NCBI GenBank assembly: GCA_902790595.1
Contig: CADASL010000005.1
Span: 127,672-191,671 of the forward strand
DNA length: 64,000 nt
Reading direction: 5' to 3'
DNA from: an uncultured Bacteroidales bacterium
Lineage (GTDB): Bacteria > Bacteroidota > Bacteroidia > Bacteroidales > SZUA-534
Part shown: positions 36,880 to 46,251 of the stretch, piece by piece
Numbering within the stretch: position 1 is the first letter of the stretch
Layout of the letters: each line of letters opens with the position of its first letter
The notes under the pieces: model-generated
Database searches by the model: none
What the model saw: the letters and a program-made list of their open reading frames with translations, nothing else
Told to the model about the DNA's origin: nothing
Made by a program: the position numbers and the translations under genes

Positions 36880-37713
36880 ATGAGTTACAAAAGAATCCTG
36901 ACAATTCAAGACATTTCGTGCGTCGGACAGTGCTCGCTCACTGTTGCGCTTCCCATAATATCGGCCTGCGGCGTTGAAACCGCTGTTCTGCCTTCGGCTG
37001 TGCTATCGACTCACACGGGCGGCTTCAAGGGCTTCACCTTCCGCGACCTGACCGAAGATATGCCGCTCATTGAGCAGCACTGGAACAAAGAAGGCATCAA
37101 GTTCGAGGCCATCTACACTGGTTATCTGGGCAGTACAAAGCAAATCGACTACGTTATCAGCATCATAAACTCGACGCTCGAGGCTGGTGCGAAAATCATC
37201 ATCGACCCAGCAATGGCTGACAACGGCACGCTCTACTACGGTTTCGACGACGTGTTTGTGAAAGCAATGGCAAAACTCTGTGCCAAAGCCGATTACGTTC
37301 TGCCGAACATCACCGAGGCCTGCTTCATCACAGGCAGCGAGTACAAAACTGAGTACGACAAGGCTTACATTATGGATTTGCTGCAGAAACTTGTGGCCAA
37401 CGGCTCTAAAAATGTGATTCTTACGGGCGTAAGTTACAAGCCTGAGACCACTGGCGTTGTGGTTTACGAGAACGGCGAATATAAATACTACGAACACAAG
37501 AAGATAGCGCAAGGCAGCCACGGCACTGGCGATGTTTACGCATCGGCTTTTGTGGGCGCACTTATGAACGGAAAACCTGCCTACGACGCTGCAAAAATCG
37601 CCGCCGACTACACTGTGAAATGCATCGAGAACACACAAGACGGCTCGAACCACTGGTACGGCTGCAAGTTCGAAACTGGAATTCCCGACTTACTGAAAAT
37701 GCTTGGGAAATAA
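36880..37713 (+). CDS. pdxK: Pyridoxamine/pyridoxal kinase
   Basis: QDISCVGQCS, LSTHTGG, YTGYLGS, IDPAMADNG, PNITEA, HGTGD; promoter TTTG-N21-TAAATTTG at 36816-36848. Confidence 0.9.
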   Translation: MSYKRILTIQDISCVGQCSLTVALPIISACGVETAVLPSAVLSTHTGGFKGFTFRDLTEDMPLIEQHWNKEGIKFEAIYTGYLGSTKQIDYVISIINSTLEAGAKIIIDPAMADNGTLYYGFDDVFVKAMAKLCAKADYVLPNITEACFITGSEYKTEYDKAYIMDLLQKLVANGSKNVILTGVSYKPETTGVVVYENGEYKYYEHKKIAQGSHGTGDVYASAFVGALMNGKPAYDAAKIAADYTVKCIENTQDGSNHWYGCKFETGIPDLLKMLGK

Positions 37714-37732
37714 CAGGTTGCGAAATCAACAC

Positions 37733-37763
37733 AACGCAAGTCAGAACGGCTTGCGTTTTTTTT
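37733..37763 (+). terminator. Terminator after pdxK
   Basis: AACGCAAG...CTTGCGTT plus T-run. Confidence 0.75.
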
Positions 37764-37825
37764 GCGAAAAATTTAGCAATTTTGGCACGATTTAGAGCGT
37801 TTCAAACAAAAGCACACACACGACA

Positions 37826-38734
37826 ATGTCATTCAAAAATATAATTTCGGCGACGGCTCTACTACTTGTAACCATCTCACTATCAGCGCAAACTTCCGAT
37901 AGCGAGCAGCAGTACAAGGCGGCAATGCAAAATGCAAAAACTGCCTTCGACGCAAAAATGTATTCCGAAGCGCTATACTTCTACCGCGAGGCGCTGAAAA
38001 TCAAACCCGACGCCAAACTGCCACGATATAAGATTGAGGACATCCGCACAATCTACATCGATGACGGGATACGAGAAATTGCTGAAAACAAGCAAATTGC
38101 GCAGGAAGAAGTGAAGAAACAAGCCGAGGCCAAAGCCGATGAGCGCATTGAAAACGAAATTGAACAAGCGCAGAAAGAACTTGAAACTCTGAAAGTTGCA
38201 ACGGTCATCAGCATCGAAGAAGAATCTGTTGTTTATGACGAAAATATTGACATTGCAGACGTGGAACCAACTCTCGAAACGAAACAACCCGAGCCGGAAC
38301 CACAACCAGAACAAATCGAACCAGAACCTATCGTGGCGCAACCAGTTGAGCCCGTCAAAGAAGAGCCAAAACCGATTGTTGAGCCAAAGAAAACAACGGT
38401 AGTGAGCAAGCCACAGCCCATTGTCAGCAAGCCGAAGCCTCGCCCGCAACCGGCAATGACAAGCGAAGAAAAAGAAGCACGCAAAGAGGCTGAAATGCAG
38501 AAACTTAGGGTGCAATATCCCGAGCAAAAAACCGTGCTTGAAATCGACCAACCCGGCAAGCACATCACCCGCGTGATAATGAACGTTGACAACAAAGTAT
38601 CAGTATATCTGAAAGTTAAGCATAGCTGGGGAGCCACCTTCTTCTTCGAAGACGAAATTGGCGAGGACAACCTTCGAAGCATTAGCGAACTGACTTTCAA
38701 CAAAATGACTAATCTTGCGACCTATGGACATTAA
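37826..38734 (+). CDS. Secreted protein: one TPR-like repeat, Pro-rich linker, C-terminal domain shared with 7267-10605
   Basis: Signal peptide; ALKIKPDAKLP repeat; QYPE..T......K...RVI.N C-terminal motif. Confidence 0.8.
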   Translation: MSFKNIISATALLLVTISLSAQTSDSEQQYKAAMQNAKTAFDAKMYSEALYFYREALKIKPDAKLPRYKIEDIRTIYIDDGIREIAENKQIAQEEVKKQAEAKADERIENEIEQAQKELETLKVATVISIEEESVVYDENIDIADVEPTLETKQPEPEPQPEQIEPEPIVAQPVEPVKEEPKPIVEPKKTTVVSKPQPIVSKPKPRPQPAMTSEEKEARKEAEMQKLRVQYPEQKTVLEIDQPGKHITRVIMNVDNKVSVYLKVKHSWGATFFFEDEIGEDNLRSISELTFNKMTNLATYGH

Positions 38735-39110
38735 ATTTTACCAATACATTGAGGGCGAGCCCGCAGACATTTTTATGGCACTCACCAACCCGCGCTCCAT
38801 CGAGCTTTGGAGCAGCCTGCCCGCCGATATGAGCGCCGAAGAAGGTTACGAGTTTTCAATTTTCGATGGCGACATTGTGGGCCGCAATCTTAAAATCATT
38901 GAAAACCAATCAATTGAGCAAGAGTGGTATTTTGGCGACGAAAGCGCCGAGCCGTCAATTGTGACCATCAAACTGCACCCGCACAAAACGGGCACCAACG
39001 TCGAGGTGCGCCACACAAACATTCCCGCCGACGCCTTCGACAACATCAACGAGGGCTGGCACGACTTTTACATTGGCGCAATCAAGCACTTCTTTGAGGA
39101 TGACGAATAA
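38724..39110 (+). CDS. SRPBCC/AHSA1-like domain protein
   Basis: IFMALTNP..I..W, FSIFDGDIVG, H.NIP......INEGW. Confidence 0.8.
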   Translation: MDIKFYQYIEGEPADIFMALTNPRSIELWSSLPADMSAEEGYEFSIFDGDIVGRNLKIIENQSIEQEWYFGDESAEPSIVTIKLHPHKTGTNVEVRHTNIPADAFDNINEGWHDFYIGAIKHFFEDDE

Positions 39111-39145
39111 TCAGTCACTCAAATAGTTAGGATAAAAATTGAATA

Positions 39146-39928
39146 TTATTTCTGTCGCAACAGATAGTATCCTGCCGTTGTGTAGAAATTACGCAGATAT
39201 GGCAGGCTGCGGAAAATCGGCCAAGCGCGGCGCGGCTTCAGACCGAATTTTATCTCATAATTGGGATTAAACAGATACAACTGACGCTCAGCCATTTCGA
39301 AGCCGTTTTTGCGGGCAATGCGCTCAAAACGTTCAATGGTGATTCCGGTGTCTTTAATCTCAATCAAAGCGTCGATTTTGCCCTCGGTCTCCCCTCCCTT
39401 GCGCAGCACCCAACGATAGAGCGAGTACGGCAGCAAATGCAGATACGGAACTTTCGACAACCGGCTTGCGCAAATCTGCTGATGACCGCCAAACGGATTA
39501 TGCCAAGGTGGAAAGCCAAAGAAAATCACACCGTTAGCGGTCATAAAACGTTTCACAAAATCCATAAATCGCTCCTGATTGTGAATGTGCTCAATCACAT
39601 CGCGCAAGATTATTACATCAAACTGAAAATCAGAACGTTGAATATCGTAAATATCAGAAGCGATCAACTCAAGATTTTTGAAATTCGGGTGGTCGCTGAA
39701 ATATTCGCGAGCGTTATTTATCTGGCTTTCAACAATATCAATACCAACACATTTGCAGCCTAAGTCCATAAAAGGCTTCAGGTTGCCGCCCTCGCCACAA
39801 CCAATCTCAAGAACACGAGTCGCAGGTGTTATTTCTATCTGCTTGGAAATGAACGGAATCACATATTTTTGTGTGGTGTATGCCTGCTCCTCAAAATATA
39901 GTTTCCGATTGGTGTGACGCTCCTGCAT
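39146..39928 (-). CDS. Class I SAM-dependent methyltransferase
   Basis: VLEIGCGEGG; FDVIILRDVIEH. Confidence 0.9.
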   Translation of the reverse strand: MQERHTNRKLYFEEQAYTTQKYVIPFISKQIEITPATRVLEIGCGEGGNLKPFMDLGCKCVGIDIVESQINNAREYFSDHPNFKNLELIASDIYDIQRSDFQFDVIILRDVIEHIHNQERFMDFVKRFMTANGVIFFGFPPWHNPFGGHQQICASRLSKVPYLHLLPYSLYRWVLRKGGETEGKIDALIEIKDTGITIERFERIARKNGFEMAERQLYLFNPNYEIKFGLKPRRAWPIFRSLPYLRNFYTTAGYYLLRQK

Positions 39929-39933
39929 AGCTG

Positions 39934-40815
39934 TTATTGATAAATCTTATGCTGACCTGCTAACAGCGTGTTTTTCAGCAAGCTAATAATAGTCATTGGG
40001 CCGACGCCACCAGGAACTGGCGTAATGTAACTGCACAACGGCGCAACCTCGTCAAACTTGACATCGCCTTTGAGTTTGAAGCCCGATTTGGTCTCGGTTG
40101 AAGGCAGACGGTGGATTCCAACGTCGATAACAACGGCGCCTGGCTTAATCATATCGGCAGTCACAAACTCGGGCTTACCGATTGCAACTATCAGAATATC
40201 AGCGCGGCGGCAAATCTCTTTCAGATTTTTCGAGCGGCTGTGGCAAATGGTTACGGTGGCGTTGCCTGGGTTCGATTTGCGCGACATCAACAGACTGATT
40301 GGCGTGCCGACAATGTTGCTACGGCCCAAAACAACGCACTCTTTCCCCTCGGTTTCAATATTATAGCGTGCCAGCAACTCCATAATTCCCGCAGGTGTGG
40401 CAGGCAGAAATGCGGGAAGGCTCATCGCCATACGGCCTGTGTTGATTGGGTGGAAACCATCAACATCTTTGCGATAATCGATTGCCTCGATAACTTTATT
40501 CTCGCTAATATGCTTTGGCAGTGGCAGTTGCACAATCAAGCCATCGACATTCGGGTCGGCATTGATTTCGGCAATTTTGGCAAGCAGTTCGGCCTCGGTT
40601 ATGTCGGCGGGGAAGCGCACATCGGTGGATTCAAAACCCACAGCGTGGCAAGTCTTGATTTTGCTGTTCACGTAAGTGGTGCTGGCACCGTCGTCGCCAA
40701 CCTGAATCACTGCCAGATTGGGGCGTTTCTGCCCATTTTTCACCATCTCCTCAACCTGCTGAAGAATTTCAGCCTGCATTTGCTGGTTTATTGCCTTTCC
40801 GTCAATAAGTTGCAT
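39934..40815 (-). CDS. folD: Methylenetetrahydrofolate dehydrogenase/cyclohydrolase
   Basis: [32 protein letters not shown]. Confidence 0.97.
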   Translation of the reverse strand: MQLIDGKAINQQMQAEILQQVEEMVKNGQKRPNLAVIQVGDDGASTTYVNSKIKTCHAVGFESTDVRFPADITEAELLAKIAEINADPNVDGLIVQLPLPKHISENKVIEAIDYRKDVDGFHPINTGRMAMSLPAFLPATPAGIMELLARYNIETEGKECVVLGRSNIVGTPISLLMSRKSNPGNATVTICHSRSKNLKEICRRADILIVAIGKPEFVTADMIKPGAVVIDVGIHRLPSTETKSGFKLKGDVKFDEVAPLCSYITPVPGGVGPMTIISLLKNTLLAGQHKIYQ

Positions 40816-40930
40816 ACTATTATGTTTTTGTGTAATGTTTAATGTGTAAAGTGTAATGTTGAGAAGGTTGAGAGAGTTGAGCGCTTGCTGTTGGACGAAT
40901 CTTTACTCTTTACGCCTTACTCTTTACTCA

Positions 40931-42280
40931 CTACATTCTTCCTCTCATATTTTTCATCTGGCTCATCATCTGCGCCATTCTTTTTGCGCCGTTGCCGCCG
41001 CTCACCATTTTCATCATCTTGCTGGTGTCTTCAAACTGTTTCATCAGGCGGTTAACTTCCTGAATCGAAGTGCCGCTGCCCGCTGCAATGCGCTTGCGGC
41101 GGCTGCCGTTGATAATGGCGGGGGTTTCGCGCTCGGCGGGTGTCATTGAACCGATTATCGCCTCAATGCCCTTGAAGGCGTTGTCGTCGATATCCATATC
41201 CTTCACGGCCTTACCGATTCCAGGAATCATCGACGCAAGGTCTTTCAGATTGCCCATCTTCTTCACCTGATTGATTTGCGATAGGAAATCGTTGAAATTG
41301 AAGGTGTTTTTGGCGATTTTCTTCTGAATGGCGCGGGCCTCTTCGGCATCGAACTGCTCTTGAGCGCGCTCAACCAACGAGACAATATCGCCCATACCCA
41401 AAATGCGGTCGGCCATACGGTCGGGGTGGAACACGTCGAGAGCGTCCATCTTCTCGCCCATTCCCACAAACTTGATTGGCTTGTTCACCACCGAGCGAAT
41501 CGAAAGCGCTGCACCACCGCGGGTGTCGCCATCGAGTTTGGTGAGCACAACACCGTCGAAATCGAGTCGGTCGTTAAACTCCTTGGCTGTGTTCACCGCA
41601 TCCTGACCCGTCATCGAATCGACCACAAACAAGGTCTCGTGCGGCGTGACGGCCTTCTTAATGGCGGCAATCTCGTCCATCATCTGCTCATCGACAGCCA
41701 GACGGCCCGCCGTATCGACAATCACAAGGTCGAAGCCTTTCTGCTTCGCATATTTGAGTCCGTTGGTGGCAATCTGCACGGGATTTTGGTTGCCTTCCTC
41801 GGTATATACCTCAACGCCAATCTGTTGGCCAAGCACTTTCAATTGGTCGATAGCGGCAGGACGGTAAACGTCGCCCGCAATCAAAAGCGGCATCTTTCCG
41901 CGCTTGTTTTTCAGGCGGTTAGCGAGTTTTCCGCTGAAGGTTGTCTTACCCGAACCTTGCAGACCCGCAATCAGAATAACTGTCGGATTACCCTTCAGAT
42001 TAATGTCTTCGGCCGTCGAGCCCATCAGTTCAACCAACTCGTCGTGGACAATCTTAATCATCAACTGTCCAGGCTTGATTGACGTTAACACATTCTGTCC
42101 CAATGCTTTCTGCTTAACGGTATCGGTGAATGTCTTTGCGGTTTTGTAGTTGACGTCGGCGTCGAGCAGGGCTTTGCGCACCTCTTTGAGCGTTTCGGCA
42201 ACGTTTATTTCGGTGATTTTGCCCTCGCCTTTCAGAATCTTGAAAGAGCGTTCGAGTTTATCTGACAGATTTTCAAACAT
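40931..42280 (-). CDS. ffh: Signal recognition particle protein
   Basis: GLQGSGKTT, DTAGR, TKLDGD, Met-rich M domain. Confidence 0.98.
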   Translation of the reverse strand: MFENLSDKLERSFKILKGEGKITEINVAETLKEVRKALLDADVNYKTAKTFTDTVKQKALGQNVLTSIKPGQLMIKIVHDELVELMGSTAEDINLKGNPTVILIAGLQGSGKTTFSGKLANRLKNKRGKMPLLIAGDVYRPAAIDQLKVLGQQIGVEVYTEEGNQNPVQIATNGLKYAKQKGFDLVIVDTAGRLAVDEQMMDEIAAIKKAVTPHETLFVVDSMTGQDAVNTAKEFNDRLDFDGVVLTKLDGDTRGGAALSIRSVVNKPIKFVGMGEKMDALDVFHPDRMADRILGMGDIVSLVERAQEQFDAEEARAIQKKIAKNTFNFNDFLSQINQVKKMGNLKDLASMIPGIGKAVKDMDIDDNAFKGIEAIIGSMTPAERETPAIINGSRRKRIAAGSGTSIQEVNRLMKQFEDTSKMMKMVSGGNGAKRMAQMMSQMKNMRGRM

Positions 42281-42545
42281 TTTCTTGAATTGTTACTGTT
42301 TTTTAACGAAAGGCAAAGGTAACATAAATTCGTTAACAGAAAGATTGAGCGGGGATTGAATGTGGCAGCAAAACATTCCTTCAAAAAAATGATTCCCTGA
42401 TTTATTTCTCTAACCGATTTTGTCCGATTCAAACAGATTTTTTATTTCTAACCAAACTTATCCAAACTATCCCGAGTTTTATCCACAAGCGGATAATAGG
42501 TGTTCGGACCGCTGCGCGGGAAATTTTTAGAAAATTATTCAGAAA

Positions 42546-42741
42546 ACGTCTGAAAGACGTTAATAATCATAACCGTATGCAAGCGTAGCGCGGCTTACGG
42601 TAAATGTCGCCACTCGGATCTCGCCTGAAAGGCGATACTTTCAGTTTAGTTCCGCCTTTCAGGCGGTTGTGTAGTGCTATTTGGTTCCGTAGGTTTCGCT
42701 TCGCTCAACCCACGGTTATTATTGTTGCCGCCTTTCAGGCG
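42546..42741. repeat. REP/BIME-like composite palindrome, family A
   Basis: CGCCTGAAAGGCG-type palindromes at 42547, 42622, 42653 and 42729 with outer ATAACCGT/ACGGTTAT arms. Confidence 0.75.
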
Positions 42742-42780
42742 ATTTTTGCATTTCCGCCCTAGGATGCGGTTTCAAAAAAA

Positions 42781-42931
42781 ACGCGCCGTAGGTGCGTAAG
42801 ATTGGTAGAATGTGGCATTAATTATAGAATGAGCGTGCCGTAGGTACGCCACATTAAAACGCGTTGCGTACCTACGGCACGCCGTTTTCCTTGTACCACA
42901 TTTCTACCAATCTGTTGTCCCTAACGGGACA
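42781..42931. repeat. REP/BIME-like composite palindrome, family B
   Basis: GCGTGCCGTAGGTACGC / GCGTACCTACGGCACGC perfect inverted repeat, flanked by AGATTGGTAGAA / TTCTACCAATCT. Confidence 0.8.
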
Positions 42932-43039
42932 AATTCCCATTGTTTGTTATAACGATATGATTTTGATTTTTAGAATTTTATAAAATTTTATTTCCAATTT
43001 TTCTTACAATTTCTGTCCGACAGGGCGCGGCAAAAACAC

Positions 43040-43066
43040 GTAGGGGCGAATGATTATTCGCTCCCC
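43040..43066. repeat. GTAG-type REP-like hairpin
   Basis: GTAGGGGCGAAT...ATTCGCTCCCC. Confidence 0.55.
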
Positions 43067-43114
43067 AAAATTTTTATGTTCTAACCGATTTTATCCGATT
43101 CAAACCGTATTATA

Positions 43115-43168
43115 TCAATCGTTTATCATCACACGTTTGGCCACGGTGCCAACCTTCACAATGTAATA
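43115..43168 (-). pseudogene. Orphan 3' tail of a T9SS C-terminal domain
   Basis: Reads YYIVKVGTVAKRVMIND*; matches the type-A CTD ending pattern (YIVKV...K.V); no upstream coding continuity. Confidence 0.55.
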
Positions 43169-43208
43169 TTTAAATGCTATAAGTTTGTAATGGGATATAT
43201 CATTAAAC

Positions 43209-43238
43209 AAAAAGGCAAAAATGTCATTTTTGCCTTTT
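43209..43238 (-). terminator. Terminator after the zinc-ribbon gene
   Basis: AAAAGGCAAAAAT / ATTTTTGCCTTTT inverted repeat. Confidence 0.7.
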
Positions 43239-43272
43239 AATCAAATTATAATCAAGTGATTGCATATTACTT

Positions 43273-43728
43273 TTAACTCAAAAACGAATAAGCCAAATAA
43301 AGTAATATGATTACAATAATTATTGTGCAACCTATTCGTTTTTTATCACTTTTTTCTGCCTGATTGATAGAATTTTGACAATGGTATTCATCTGTAATAG
43401 CTGCATTTAGTTCTCCTGTCGTTCTATTAAAAGAAAGCAAAACCCAATCGTTTGGCGTCACAAAACAATTGGCGGAACGAAATCCGCATTTGAACTGCAA
43501 TTCACATACTTTTTCAACATCAATCTCCATTTTTCCTTTTGGCTCAACTTCTCCAATTTCAACACCGTTTTTAAATACAGAAACAGATGGATTTAATGCA
43601 ATTTTTTCGGTGTAACCAATAATAGTCACTTTACCACTTTTACGTTCAAAACCGCAATGTGGGCATTTGGATGCGAAAGAATCTATTTCATTTTCGCAAT
43701 TGGGACATTTAATAAGAGACATAGACAT
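43273..43728 (-). CDS. Zinc-ribbon membrane protein
   Basis: CPNC...CPHCG at the N-terminus; C-terminal TM helix; AT-rich. Confidence 0.8.
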   Translation of the reverse strand: MSMSLIKCPNCENEIDSFASKCPHCGFERKSGKVTIIGYTEKIALNPSVSVFKNGVEIGEVEPKGKMEIDVEKVCELQFKCGFRSANCFVTPNDWVLLSFNRTTGELNAAITDEYHCQNSINQAEKSDKKRIGCTIIIVIILLYLAYSFLS

Positions 43729-43772
43729 AGTTTTACTATTTAAATTATAAAATCATATTTTGACTAAAGTAT

Positions 43773-44885
43773 TTATTTGAATTTATATGTGGCGCCCCAT
43801 ACAACATCACACCAATTGGGATTCCAATCGCTGTGCCATTTAGAATGCTTTACTTTTGCCTGACAATATATTGTAAGGTTAATGCAGTCTTCAAAGGCAT
43901 TTCGCCCTATGAATGTAACTGTATTTGGAATGGCTATGGATGTCAATTCCTCACAACCCTTGAACGCACCATCATAAATTGCCTTGCATTTTGCGTTTAT
44001 AGTACACGATGTGATTTCTGTTGATTTTGCTTTAACAAGGCATAAATACGGATTTTCTTCGTTACCTATATAGCACGCATTCCCGTATTCGTTGAACTGT
44101 AAATTTTTCAGCTCACTTAATTTTGGGAAGCAATCAAAACCTATTGATACAATGGAATTTGGTATATTGAGTTTATTCAAATTTTCACATTTATAAAACG
44201 CATCTACACCGATGCTTGTAACAGAATTTGGAATTATGAGTGTTCTCAAATCACGGCAATATTTGAACGCACGGGCGGGTACAGTTTGAACATTATCGCC
44301 AATATTTAATGTCGTTAATGAACTACTAAAAGGGTTCCAGGCCCATTGGCAGTTTGTTGCATTGAAGTTCACCGTTGTCAGATTCGTGCACCAATCGAAT
44401 GCATACTCTCCGATGTCCCAAACATTTTCAGGTATTGCGACCGACGTCAGACCACTGCACCCAGCGAACGCATATTTGCCAATCGAAGTTACTGTATTAG
44501 GAATGGTCACCGATGCCAGGCCGCTGCAAACCCTGAACGCATCGCTGCCAATCGAAGTTACTGAATTAGGAATGGTTACCGATGTCAGACCGCTGCAACC
44601 ACTGAACGCACTCTCGCCAATCGAAGTTACAGAATATTCAATCCCATAATTGGTTACTTTTTCAGGAATGACCAAATCTCCTGTTGGTCTAGTATAGTTG
44701 TAATAATTATTATCGTTTGAGTATCTAGGAAATACAACTTGCGCAGTATAGGGTTCTGTGCTACTTGTGATACTGTAGTATAAGGTTTGTCCGCTACTGC
44801 ATACTGCGGAAAAAACAAAATTGTCTGCTGCCCACGCCTGCCACGCAAGCATTGTGGCAAAAATGAATAATAAAATCTTTTTCAT
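43773..44885 (-). CDS. BspA-type leucine-rich repeat surface protein, lacking a T9SS CTD
   Basis: Signal peptide; SGQTLYY N-cap; repeated IPNSVTSIG..AF..C..L units. Confidence 0.9.
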   Translation of the reverse strand: MKKILLFIFATMLAWQAWAADNFVFSAVCSSGQTLYYSITSSTEPYTAQVVFPRYSNDNNYYNYTRPTGDLVIPEKVTNYGIEYSVTSIGESAFSGCSGLTSVTIPNSVTSIGSDAFRVCSGLASVTIPNTVTSIGKYAFAGCSGLTSVAIPENVWDIGEYAFDWCTNLTTVNFNATNCQWAWNPFSSSLTTLNIGDNVQTVPARAFKYCRDLRTLIIPNSVTSIGVDAFYKCENLNKLNIPNSIVSIGFDCFPKLSELKNLQFNEYGNACYIGNEENPYLCLVKAKSTEITSCTINAKCKAIYDGAFKGCEELTSIAIPNTVTFIGRNAFEDCINLTIYCQAKVKHSKWHSDWNPNWCDVVWGATYKFK

Positions 44886-44991
44886 TGTCTGATACACTTA
44901 TTCGTGTCGTGCGCAACTTCTTGTTATACAAAATTTGTGCTTGCGACTCCCCAGTCAGGCAATGAAAAAAACGTTTGTTGGCTACACATAT

Positions 44992-45204
44992 AAAAAAACG
45001 TGGGAATCTTGTTACTCGCTCCCACGATTCAAGGCCTTCGGATGCCCACCACTGTAAGATTGAGCAACGCGAATGCCACGTTTGGCCATATAAAAGACAT
45101 AACACTTGAAACCAAGGTATTATGATTCATATACACCAAAACAGGCGCTCACAATTGCATTCTCTTGACAGTGTTTATTCAAAATGTCCGAAGTTCTGAA
45201 TCGT
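44992..45204 (-). promoter_or_regulatory. Structured 5' leader: long nested hairpin overlapping a terminator (candidate attenuator)
   Basis: Nested inverted repeats 45024-45204; terminator 44992-45026; promoter -7 box TATCTTTG at 45283-45290 (minus). Confidence 0.65.
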
Positions 45205-45366
45205 CAAAGGAAAACGTCAGTAAACGTCTTTCTATATGTCTGCTTGCAAATTATGCTTTACGGCATAAAACGCATAGCAAGACAAAGATATAAAAAGTTG
45301 GTTGGAAAAGGAAAATGTTTTTTTGCGGGAAAAGCATCGCTTTTCGAGCGTTCTCAATAGCCATTT

Positions 45367-45447
45367 TTGCAAAAAGTTACTACTTCAGAGCCAAAAACCT
45401 TGCAAAAAGTTACTACTTTATGGCTAAAAATATTGCAAAAAGTTACT
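45367..45447. repeat. Three direct repeats TTGCAAAAAGTTACT at 33-bp period
   Basis: Copies start at 45367, 45400 and 45433. Confidence 0.9.
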
Positions 45448-45603
45448 GCAATAACAGATAAACAAGCGAATATCAGCAAGTTAATTAAAAACGAAGGAAT
45501 AAACCACAAAAGTGGCATTTATGTAAAGGGCAACCGAAAGCGTTTCTGCTAACGATTGCCCTTCTTTTGAATTACATTATCGACTTAAAGTGCTAACTGT
45601 CAA

Positions 45604-45945
45604 CTAAAAATGCAGTCCTGCCGCAGCAATAAATCCCAACACCATCAGCACCCAGACAACTATGGCAAAGAGCACGGCCACACCGCCCAGACTCAAGCCA
45701 ATAATGCCGCAAATGCGTCCTGCGTTGGCGTTCTTTACTGAAGTTTCGGTGTACCTGTCGGGATTCTCATCGTAGAGCGCCTTGGCCTTTTTGGCATAGA
45801 CAATCGCCAGAATGCCTAACACCAGCCCGACTAACAATCCGACACCGCAGCAAATGCATACAATACTCAAAATGCCCATCACCAGCGTGCCGCTCGAATT
45901 GGGCAGTTGCTCTCTGATACCGTTCACATTATCAATTGTTTCCAT
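45604..45945 (-). CDS. CCC-motif/DUF4190-like membrane protein
   Basis: LPNS...LVMGILSIVCICCG...NANAGRICGIIG. Confidence 0.8.
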   Translation of the reverse strand: METIDNVNGIREQLPNSSGTLVMGILSIVCICCGVGLLVGLVLGILAIVYAKKAKALYDENPDRYTETSVKNANAGRICGIIGLSLGGVAVLFAIVVWVLMVLGFIAAAGLHF

Positions 45946-45948
45946 AAC

Positions 45949-46239
45949 TCAAAATATTTTAATTAAGTAACTCACTGCTATAATGACGACGTTTAAAACA
46001 AAAAGTGACACCAAAATGCGACTTCCGTAACGAAATTTGAAAAATAAATGCAAGGCCAGAAAAACGAACATCAGAATGAGCGGAATCAAGGCGGGAAACA
46101 TTGCAATGCTCTCGCCTATCTTGCCATCAATCAGCAGTTTGAGCGCCCGCTGACTTCCGCAAAACGGACATTCAACGCCCAAATATTTCTTGTAGAGACA
46201 GGGAATGTCGAAATTGTAACCCACACGGAACATACTCAT
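45949..46239 (-). CDS. DUF2752-like membrane protein
   Basis: PCLYK..LGVECPFCGSQRA. Confidence 0.8.
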   Translation of the reverse strand: MSMFRVGYNFDIPCLYKKYLGVECPFCGSQRALKLLIDGKIGESIAMFPALIPLILMFVFLALHLFFKFRYGSRILVSLFVLNVVIIAVSYLIKIF

Positions 46240-46251
46240 TATCTGTGTTTT

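Noticed and set aside
43773-44885. Diversity-generating retroelement target in the LRR gene
   Set aside because: No reverse transcriptase and no TR/VR pair differing at adenines; the internal DNA repeats are ordinary 69-bp LRR units
45367-45552. CRISPR array, or a 61-aa repeat peptide
   Set aside because: Repeats are 15-19 bp with 14-18 bp spacers, only three copies and no cas genes; the ORF is just the translated repeat
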